Source of the DNA: a virus
Taxonomy: Duplodnaviria > Caudoviricetes
DNA: 64,000 nucleotides
Virus record (IMG/VR): IMGVR_UViG_3300032295_000707
Location: 2,700-66,699 of that record
Strand: one strand, 5' to 3'
Of the stretch, positions 10,901-18,500 are shown one piece after another; positions within the stretch are counted from its first letter, which is position 1; the number at the start of each line of letters is the position of its first letter. Both the position numbers and the translations under genes were made by a program. The notes under the pieces were generated by a model. It saw nothing but the letters and a program-made list of their open reading frames with translations, had not been told where the DNA came from and searched no databases.

Positions 10901-12152
10901 TAGTTGTACTAATTTCTCCAGGTACTGTGCCAACATATCCGTTTTGATTCCAGTATTGTAGGCCTGCAAAAGTACTTTGGCTTGAAGTATTGAATAATAA
11001 ATCTTGTGAAATAGCGTCAACAATTAACCCAGTATCTCTAATACATTTGTTTTCGTCGTAGAAGAATCCGTTATAGGTAGTGTTTACATAAGCAACAATT
11101 TCATTTTGTAAAAATCTTTTGTTGGCCTGTAACAATAATTGTGCATTACGATATCCTTCATTTGCAGAATCATTAATTGCTTGACCAACAACAATAGTTC
11201 CTGTAGAAAGATGAACAGTTAATGTATATTGATTAGCTGTCCATGTACTTGTTCCAGCGGCTTCAGGCACCTGTACTGTTTGGTTAGGAATAAACATTGT
11301 TCCGTCAAACAACCAAGGTCCTGATTGATTGGTACAGTTTTGAATGTACGGTGAATAGTATAAGTCAATCGGATTTTCTAAGCTAGGAGGAAATGCTACT
11401 GCATAAGCGCCAGTAGTGTATGTACCTGCTCCACCAGGAGCGTATCTCTCAACACTACCTCTTCTTAGGTTTAACATGTTCATTTGCGCGATATATACGC
11501 CGGAATTAACATGGAATAGGTCTAAATCTTTGTTTAACGGCTCAACAAATGTTGTTCTTAAGTCACTGCCTTTAACTGAGGTATAAGGTTTTAACGGGAT
11601 TGGATTGTCTTCAAAGTAGTGCCCGGCTGCAACAATAATACTTGTACCTTCTTGGTAGTAAGGACTACGAATTGCTCCACTAATTGTTCGGCAAGCCCTA
11701 GTAGAATCCATTGCTCTACCATCATTTGTATCATCACCGTCCATTGTAACATAGAGGGTATTAGTAACAAATGGAAATGTACCTTTTGGATCTTCTCCTA
11801 GTACTCTAATTTTTCCGTTTAGTAGAGTATCATTAGAAACTTCAAAATTACTAAAAGTTTTAGTTAAGGCAGATGGTCGTAGATTAATGTCTGCTTTATT
11901 ATCGCCATCGACAGTAATTGGTGTAGTGTTGCCAGTTGCTTTAATTGTTTGATTTTCAAACTCTAGTTTGCCTAATGTGTTGTCAAATACTACTTTGTTA
12001 TCGCCAACTTGTTTTAATGTATAGCCGGTGTCAGCAGACGGTGGCACACCTAGATTAGGCTGAGCCTGATTCAGTCCTAAATAATCCCACCTACTTTCTT
12101 TAAGCTCAGCTGGTGGAGTTACTTTTTTTCTATTACTCAGTAATCTTGGCAT
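1977..12152 (-). CDS. Giant virion-associated repeat protein, 3391 aa: beta-helix-like scaffold with 16 ~162-aa helical repeats (phycobiliprotein/globin-like, see findings)
   Basis: Single uninterrupted ORF; YVTMDGDDTNDG...CRTISGA and YIQNCTNQSGPW beta-helix-type motifs; 16 (K/L)CxRDxGxxxD repeats; paralogous to 12565-19080. The CDS is certain, the function is inferred. Confidence 0.8.
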   Translation of the reverse strand: MPRLLSNRKKVTPPAELKESRWDYLGLNQAQPNLGVPPSADTGYTLKQVGDNKVVFDNTLGKLEFENQTIKATGNTTPITVDGDNKADINLRPSALTKTFSNFEVSNDTLLNGKIRVLGEDPKGTFPFVTNTLYVTMDGDDTNDGRAMDSTRACRTISGAIRSPYYQEGTSIIVAAGHYFEDNPIPLKPYTSVKGSDLRTTFVEPLNKDLDLFHVNSGVYIAQMNMLNLRRGSVERYAPGGAGTYTTGAYAVAFPPSLENPIDLYYSPYIQNCTNQSGPWLFDGTMFIPNQTVQVPEAAGTSTWTANQYTLTVHLSTGTIVVGQAINDSANEGYRNAQLLLQANKRFLQNEIVAYVNTTYNGFFYDENKCIRDTGLIVDAISQDLLFNTSSQSTFAGLQYWNQNGYVGTVPGEISTTTRAIEYVSTLAQQVVTKTTGTRYQNTFSQVLSGPSATSLEAETIADDFGVILDILNRGTEGVSDIIIPNGISASTETDILAAVDLLQGNRSFIQNETIAFIESIKTGFGFDKPKCYRDSGLIVDAIALDLLYPTPGNSQATFSGLQYWSQGSYTGTIANELTTTTNAINYVSTLAQKLARNITTGPRYQSTVTQNTSLPSASSAEVTLIANDFSVITDILSNGTDGVSDIIVPNNILPSTVTNVISAYNILQANKEYIQAEAVAFVESTKTPGFVYDQELCYRDVGYMVDSISFDLLHGGNRQAVQSGVYYYSFSTNTAIPNEINETIDAFDFLGNLAQKVIQNVPAITYQNTVTQVFAAYTATYTESAKIYDIVSTITNIIRNGADIVPYKSPISITSSTNINDTDAARLLIANRDFIQTEVVAYIDQKYPDRFEYDQSKYIQDIGNMIDSVSIDLLYGGNRQAVQTGVYYYSYTTSTAVPNEIPQVTAAYTYISDIVQSVISGQAISPQQSIVPQVVDMIGGTITEANVAIDKISIITDIINNGPTVADDPAPLGITPSSDANVINAAKILQANRKFIQAEVIAYIDNNYFVYNQPLCYRDTGFIIDAIAGDARFGGNQRSIEAGLSYWDGATTLIPGEQTETVSAINYLKDLSLQIIANTTITNVINSVATQVINPSLVHGEIVATRINDGIDIITSIITQGPNATPDPVKDIYALIVPSGLSPDALNTASVVTHVQKITTGTYEVVLNRPTISSSDGATLYFGKTQVYPTLAADIPEEWAMRRLDGHGSGGGALVDGNAPSLKSPIQSFVFDAFTQLNQGGKGIHIINNGYAQLVSVFTIFCSEAVIVENGGIASITNSNANFGDLCLVAKGIGVNEFSGIIHNPPFPSNIPNSEFYPIGFWPQEQRMEVFVPDTANRPHIGLVMEVVPPDTYLDYEGKRVPFVNEQGYPGYLAATSNTGTLTTGSYTISGIDVSNVAIGHTLYIRDIYGEEGPAPGLKYLSNDTEVVDVTYQTVHLSRPILNGVNDPTNPNFLNLFFSGNAYYTVLSSVVDESLSSTTTTKTTLIPGEETTTSLAILYARDLATQIVANSLITGTYQSIYSQTIDPTFPGGEVAIDSLQEKFNIIADIVRKGPDSAPEIIPARQYIQPSTEIKAAKKLLEKNRNFIQAETVAYVDAIWPSKFNYDPVKCARDTGLIVDALAQDLLFNTSSQSTFAGVQYWNQSGYVDGIGGQLTTTTNAIKFVRDISSKIVKNQSVGYTYQTLVTQNLDTPSASESDSNRVISEFNLIVDIIDNGTEGVTDRIIPNSLTASSSTSTNNAYTALQANKEFIQAETIAYVNSIADFQYDQAKCLRDTKLIVDAIAFDLKYPTTSNSQSTFAGIQYWNQNGYVGTIQSELTTTTNAIIYLGQLAQQVIVNSTGTRYQYAVAQELELEPATATESAKAGTGFGYIIDILQTGTNGITDIIIPNGQKTYDENIGKAYNLLIANKTFMVEEVIAFIEATRPALFDYDQEKCRRDMRYMIDSVAFDLLHGGNRQAIQSGVYYYGYNSTSTAIVGEIPQTTAAYNHISSIITSILQSTPITKSPGNTADQVTYMRPATISEVVKAQRFITTITNIINNGPSVAAAPTPISLTESTDPNVDKAFDLLLANRDFIAAEVIAYINSTFTGFEYDQNKCYRDVGYMVDSVSYDLLYGGNRQAIQSGVYYYGFDQYSTAIPNEIPQTTAAYEFIKDIVGDIVTGQIIIPQQTSVVQSTLSSYNEDKCFRDTGIIVDSFITDLLFQGNGYTQSNFSGLQYWNQAGYTGDIANQLTTTTNAIKYLSSLAQQVVLNNTSTVVRFQNTVSQITNLTSATTTQSLALRADFKVITNILTNGTAGVSDIIVANGTTATSVDAQNAYNILMANKAYLQAETLAYVEEAKGFSYDPVKCARDTGLVVEAMALDLAFPTASKSQSTFAGLQYWNQDGYTGDILSELNVTVSATNYLSQLAQKIAINDTSGPRYQSTATQTVFTTTATVFETASISADFTIITDILLNGTAGVSDLIVTEGTTASSTSTVQTAYDLLVANREYIQAEVVAYVESIKPIGFVYDQAKCLRDAGYMLDSVAFDLLYGGNRQAITSGVYYYSFNSNSSAIPTEVPQTTDAFNYIKTIAQKIITNTLITNPAQTSVTQVINDASSTPAEVAFVADEINLINSIINDGPQIITSVEPISLTKTTDEGRLNATQLLLSNKDFIKAEVVAYINNKYVFEFDRDKCYRDVGYILDSVAFDILYGGNRQAIQSGVYYYGFSDTASAIPGERDQTIAAYNRLKDILSDIVTNQTVVVSPNNTIAQVKNLATATVSESNLLGNMVDLITGIIYNGPTASQPQLPVGQARSTSTNVSRAASILAANREFIQEEIVNYVNYTYLAGTDTEVENVRNNIDIITNIISNGPTVAPEPSSIGLVPSATLSTLNGAKLLNANRSFIVAETIAYINNTFDTGFLYDKTKCKRDTGLILDSIAMDILYDSNTQSAFAGLQYWNQSGYTGDISNEITTTTNAFSYMKEIVEKIVLNETVSVSTGNVTTQVVNLTTGTQEAATLLDSNMSVIINILENGTGGVSDIIVPNGLITTDTGLLDSFDILVANKTFIEDEVVARISLDNDGWAFDDVKCKRDIGYVIDCIGFDLTHGGNRQSVHAGVYYYGFDGESTAIENEIPQTTAAYEFIKQIIGNIIQGTPVNKTYQRKQKQVVNLPIASSSETTLAYAGVDLITNIINNGPSVAPTPEPIDGSSTPSTNKINAYNMIMANKEFVKAEVIAYIDQTFTGEYNYDKNKCYRDTGAIIDAVIFDIVYGGNYRSVNTGNGYFSRKGQYHIVKLEQNVTNPTLFIDGCSVNFYQQSYISASGYLFEYVGAGTQYGALPQVGTADPDQGKETVQLNNGKVFFTSTDQNGDFRIGPTLVISQSTGVLAGRTFEKSLYATMTPFILVVGS

Positions 12153-12167
12153 ATCAATCTCTACTTA

Positions 12168-12554
12168 TTATGTGTTAGCAGTTTCTAGAATACTTAAAAC
12201 TAATTTTAATGTTCCTGTAGAATCTGCAAATGCTCTAATACTATCTTGGCTTTCTAAAATCATCTTACCAGTAATTAAACTTGCAGAATCGTTAGGTGGA
12301 ATTTCAAATCCTTTAACTAATTCTGTTGTGATGTTAGGATCTTGAGCGTTGTTACCTTGGGCGTCAGGCAAGACTCTAAAGCGTCTGTGGTGACTAAAAG
12401 TAATAGTGTGGGCAGCATTTGCGTCCACATTGGATACTTGTGCCATAAGAACAATGCTTGTAACGCCGATAGGAGCCACATAAACCGTAGAGGTGGTATT
12501 AGTGTCTAATGTCTTTGTTTTCGTTTTAAATGTGTTTAATGGAATTAATGCCAT
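12168..12554 (-). CDS. Small virion structural/adaptor protein, 128 aa
   Basis: AGGAG SD; beta-rich; TVYVAP...SIVLMAQVSN...IPPNDSASL..GKMILESQDSIRA resembles the 105-aa protein at 19988-20305. Confidence 0.65.
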   Translation of the reverse strand: MALIPLNTFKTKTKTLDTNTTSTVYVAPIGVTSIVLMAQVSNVDANAAHTITFSHHRRFRVLPDAQGNNAQDPNITTELVKGFEIPPNDSASLITGKMILESQDSIRAFADSTGTLKLVLSILETANT

Positions 12555-12564
12555 TTATATCTCC

Positions 12565-15500
12565 TTATCCCCCAGCATCCGCTTCAACAGCAAGGATGAA
12601 AGGTGTCATCTCAGCAAATAAACTCTTTTGGAATGTTCTTCCTGATAATACACCAGTTGCCTGACTAATTACCAATCCAGGTCCAATACGGAAATCTCCG
12701 TTTTGGTCTGTGGAAGTAAAGAACACCTTACCATTATTTAACTGAACTGTTTCCTTGCTCTGATTTGGGTCTACTCGACCGACCTGAGGCAAGGCTCCGT
12801 AATTTGTTCCTGCTCCTACATACTCAAATAAGTATCCAGAAGCACTCATATAACTTCTTTGATAGAAATTAACTTTACATCCGTCAACAAATAACAACGG
12901 ATTAGCTACATACTCCTCCATGGTAACAAGGTGATATGTTCCATCTTTAGTATAATATGTTTTTGCAGCTTCCACGCTTCTAAAGTTTCCTCCAGTAGCT
13001 AAGTCTGCTTGTAATGCATCAATGATTAACCCAACATCTCTACGACATTTTAATCTGTCGTATGTAAATCCGCCATACTCACTATCGATATAAGCAATAA
13101 CTTCTGCTTTGATATAATCTCTATTTGCATTAATTAAGTTATAAGCATTGACCACATTTGTAGAAGTTGATGCTGTTAAACTAATTGGTGTGACTGGTGT
13201 TATGCCTGGGCCGTTATTAATAATACTAGTAATTAAATCAATTCTTTCTGCGGCTGCATTTACTTCATCAATAGTACCAGGGTTAGAACTTACAGTCTGT
13301 GTTATCTGATTTTGATAGCTAGGGCTTGTAGGTGTTCCAGTAATAATATCGCCGATGATAGATTTAATAAAATTATAAGCTGCGGTAGTCTGAGGAATCT
13401 CATTAGGTATTGCACTTACATTAGAACCAAAACTGTAATAGTAGCTACCAGCTTGTATACTTTGTCTATTGCCGCTATGTATTAAATCAAATGCAACAGA
13501 ATCAACAATGTATCCTAAGTCTCGTTCGCAAGTATTTTGATCATAAGTAAAATCTGGATTATTTGCATTAATCCATGCAATAGTTTGACTTTGAATACTT
13601 GATTTGGCTGCAAGCAATGCGTTGTATGCATTAACAATTGTTGGAACACTACTCACAGGTCCGTTAGGAACAATAGCATCAGAAGTATCTACTAGAACTC
13701 CTCCTAAAATATCTAATATGGTATTAAACAATGTAGACACTGTGTTGTTAGTAGATCCATATCCAGTAACCACTGATACTGCCAAGTCTCTTGCGTAAGC
13801 GATTGCATTAGAAGTTGTAGTTAACTGCCCCTCGATACCGCCAGTTAGGCCAGATTGATTCCAATATTGGATACCTGCATACTGACTTTGAGTAAAGCCG
13901 TCATGCAATAAATCTAATGCAATACTATCAACGATTAGTCCAGTATCTCGTTCGCATTTTGCTTGATCGTAAGTAAATGAATTATATATTGCATCAACAT
14001 ATCCAACTGTTTCATTCATTATGAATATTCTGTTTAGTTCTAATAATGTAATTGCATCTTTTGCGCCTAGTGGAATTGTTCCGGTAGTTAGTACTAATGG
14101 CGCACTTTGAGGACCTGATAAAATTACATCTGTTAAGATACTTAATTTTTCGTCAACAAAAGCAGTAGCGCCGGCCCCTGCTGGATAAGTTAAGTTAACA
14201 ACTTGTGCAGTAGCTGTGCTATATGGAGTATCTATTGCAATATTAGAGATAACAGAATCAACTACTGAGTTCATAAAATTAATGGCGTCAATAGTTTCGT
14301 TTTCTTGACCTCTAATTTTACTAGCACCAGATGCATACGGACTTGATGCTATTTCACTTGTTAGTACTGTATAGTAAGCGTTTCCGCAGGCATACAGATT
14401 AAAATAATTTTCGTTGCCTGGTTCAGATCCAGTTGCAGTAATTGGATTGCTTAATTGAATAGTTTGGTAACTGATATCGGTGATGATAGTATTTGAATTT
14501 AAATATCGTGTCCCTAGGCCATTATTATCTGACTCGTTACCAAATTGATCTCTAATGTATAAATTTTGTCCTATTGCAAATCCAGTAGTATCAATTCCGC
14601 TGATAGAATAACTTCCAGTAGACAGTGTACCAGTAGTGTTAACTGCTGCTAAAAATCCAGGATACCCTTGTTCATTCTTATACGGAACAACATTTCCATC
14701 ATAGTCGTCGTATATATCAGGCGGAACTACTTCCATAACTAATGCAATGTGTGGCCTGTCATTAGGGTCAGGCACAAATATACATACTTCTGACTTGTTA
14801 GGAAAGAAGCCTTCAGGATAATTTTCACTGTATTCCCAAGATTTTGTTAACTTGTTATAGAAGAAACCTGCTGGGTTATATACAGTTCCTCCAAATTCTC
14901 TCGGGCCGTATCCTTCTGCTACTAGACATAAATCACCAAAGTTAGCATTAGAGTTAGTAATTGAACAAATGCCTCCGGACTCACAACGAACTGCAATGTC
15001 GCAGAAAATTGTAAACACAGATACTAATTGAGCATAGCCTCTATTGATAATGTGAATTCCAGTTCCGCCTTGATTCAATTGTGTAAACGCATCAAATACA
15101 AATGATTGGATAGGAGAATTTAATGAAGGAGCATTGCCATCGACTAGGGCGCCGCCACCTGCACCGTTCGGATCTATTCGACGATCCGCAAAACCATTTT
15201 TCTCCCACTCGCCGGGGATATTTTTATCTTCGACTGGGTATACTGTCGTTTGTCCAAAGTAAACAACATCGTTATTTGCGCTGGCAATAGTTGATGTGCT
15301 TAAAGTAACAATAAATTGTGTCAGCGTAGAGTTTGTGCTAAAAGGAGTGTACTCTGGGCCGTTTTCAATAATAGTAGAAATAGCATTGAAGTTAGATTCA
15401 ACTAACGGCGTAGCAAGAGCGCCACCTTGCAGTAATGGGTTAATTAATTGCGTAAGAACTGTGCCAGTTTGATAACTGTAAGTTACCGGGTTATTAGAAA

Positions 15501-18500
15501 TGATATCTAATGCAACATTTTTTGCATATCTAATAGCATTAGCAGTTTCTTTTAACTGTCCCGGAATCACACTCACTGCACCATTCCAATAACTTTTCCC
15601 AGCAATCAATGTGTTAACATTTGATCGATTAATAATATCATTTGAAATAGCATCAACAATTAATCCAACATCTCTATAACATAGATCTTCGTTGTATGTG
15701 AATACATATGGATCAATGAATGTCTTGTCAACATAAGCAATTGTTTCTGCTTGAATAAAATTTCTATTTGCTTTTAATAAATCAAATGCTCTAACAAGAT
15801 TAGTACTGGTAGAATATGTTAATCCTACAGAAGTTAGTTCAGGGGCAACACTAGGACCGTTTCTAATAATGTCTGTTATTAAACTTAAATTATTAACAAT
15901 ACTATTTGCTTCTGCTTTTGTTGCAGGAGGCAAATTAACATTTTGTGTACTGGTTGATTGATAAGGATTTGTAATTTTTGTACCTTGTACAACTTTGTCT
16001 ACTACAAATTTTAAGTACTTGTAAGCAGCAGTAGTTTGTGGAATTTCATTTACAAGAACTGTGCTTGTTGAGTTATATCCAAAATAGGACACTCCAGCCT
16101 GGATACTTTGTCTATTGCCACCGCGAAGTAAATCAACTGCAATAGAATCAACAATGAATCCTGCATCTCTTAAACATTTTGCAGAATCATAAGAGAATCC
16201 AATTGGTTTATTAGCTTCTACCCAAGCAATAGTTTCAGCTTGAATAAAAGATTTATTTGCAACTAGAGAATTGTATGCATTTATAATTTGACCGTCGGTG
16301 CTAACTTCGCCATTTCCTAAAATTAGATCGCTAACTCCAACAGTTCCAGTGCTTATAATATTAATAATTAAATCACAATTGTCTACAACACTTTCTACAA
16401 CCGACGCGGAAGCTGTTCCAGTTGTTACTGTATTTTGTTGAACAGGAACTTGGAGAGGACTAATAGCATTGCCTTGGATAATCTGTTCAACTATATCTCG
16501 AAGATAGGTGAACGCACCTATGGTAGTTGGCTCTTCTCCGGGGATATTTGTTGCTGCCTGATTCCAATACTGCAATCCTGAAAAAGCAGAGTTAGAGTTG
16601 CTTTCATATATTAAGTCTATTGCTAAACTATCTACAATAATACCAGTATCTCTATAACATTTAGCTGCATTGTAAATAAAATCTAATTTAGTAAAAGTAG
16701 TATCAACAAATGCAACAACTTCATGTTGTATAAATTCTTTATTATCAACTAGACTTTGGTAACTGTTTAATGTTCCTGGAACAGTAGTTGGTGCGCCACT
16801 GTTAGATTGAACAATAACTGATGTATCTGTACCTAAGTTAATAATATCAGTTAATACTAGAACATTTTTTTCTATTATTTCTGCAGAAGCATTACTACCA
16901 ATTGTTAGTGTGTTAATATATTGAGTAACTGTACTTTGATACGGCTCTAATAAAGATTTTCCTAAAATTACATTTCTTGCTACATTGGCTAGATAGTTAA
17001 ATGCTGCAATAGTTTCTTCTTGTTCTGTTGGAATTAAAGAAGTCACTCCGTCCCAATATTGATTACCTGCAATAACAGATTGTTCATTGCCGCCATACAG
17101 TAAATCTGTTGCTAGAGCATCTATTGCCAAACCTACATTTGCAAAAAATATTGATTTATCGTAGGTAAACCCGGTTAGTGGCTGTCCTACATAAGTTTGA
17201 TTAACAAAACTAACTACCTCATTCTGCAAAAATCCTCTATTAGCATTTAGTAATGCGGCAGCATTTTCATAACTTACATTATTAAGAATTATATCGTTTA
17301 ACAGTTGTACTAATTCAGTAACTCTAGGAGCAACTACTACACCTCCGGTTAATCCCAGATTAAAAGTTTGGGATTCTACATTTCCAAAAGTGACCGACAC
17401 AGGAAGGTTATCAACAACTTGATTTATAACTGATGCTAAATGGGTAAACGCTGCTACTGTAGCAGTAGTTGCAGTTCCTGAATACTGTCGACCAGCACTA
17501 ACAATTTTAGTGTTTCCGCCTAATATAGTATCGTGTGCAATTGCATCAATAATTACTCCTGCATCTCGTCTAAATTTAACTCTATCATATGTTAGTGTAG
17601 GAAAAGTTAAATCAACATACGCCACTGCTTCTGATTGCAAGAAAGATTTATTTGATACAATTAAAGATTTAGCTGATTGAAAGTCAGGATCAGGATTAAG
17701 AATGTCTTCAACTACTGCTACTGGAATATCAGGATTAATTAAAATACCAGTTCCATTTATGGCCATGCCAATTTCAAGCATCTGAGTAGTAGGAATTTCT
17801 AATACATTAATTAGTAATGTAGTTGTTCCTGATATATAAGTTGAAGTTCCAACCACTAGAGGAACTTGTACAGTTTGATTAGGTACAAACATTGTACCAT
17901 CAAATAACCACGGTCCGCTCTGATTAGTACAGTTTTGAATATATGGGCTGTGGAATAAATCAATCGGATTATCTAAGCGAGGAGGAAATGCTACAGCGTA
18001 AGCACCAGTTGTGTATGTACCGGCTCCTCCTGGTGCGTAACGAGTTACTTCTCCTCGACGAAGATTTAACATTGTCATCTGAGCAACATATACACCTGAG
18101 TTTACATGAAATAAATCAACTGTATTGTTAAGTGGTTCTATAAATGTAGTTCTTAAACTATCTCCCATTACAGTTGTATAGGGTTTTAGTTGAATAGGAT
18201 TGTCTTCAACATATTTTCCAGCGGCAACTTTAATAATAGTGCCTTCTTTGTAGAAAGGACTGTTAGTAGCACCTGTGATAGTACGGCATGCTCTACTAGA
18301 ATCCATTGCACGGCCATCATTGTCATCGTTGCCATTTTCGTTAACATACAATACATTGTTAACAACAGGGAATGTACCAATTGGGCTACCGCCATAGACA
18401 CGAATGTCTCCATTGATAGTAACAGTCTTATTAATTGTTCTTTCAAGTAATGGAATGTCTGGGAAGAATTGAATATCAGTGCCAGTGGCAATTGTGTCAA

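Noticed and set aside
1977-12900. Diversity-generating retroelement (TR/VR pair) suggested by the similar 3' ends of the two giant genes
   Set aside because: Differences are mostly synonymous third-position changes of all base types, not adenine-specific; both copies are coding; no reverse transcriptase in the window
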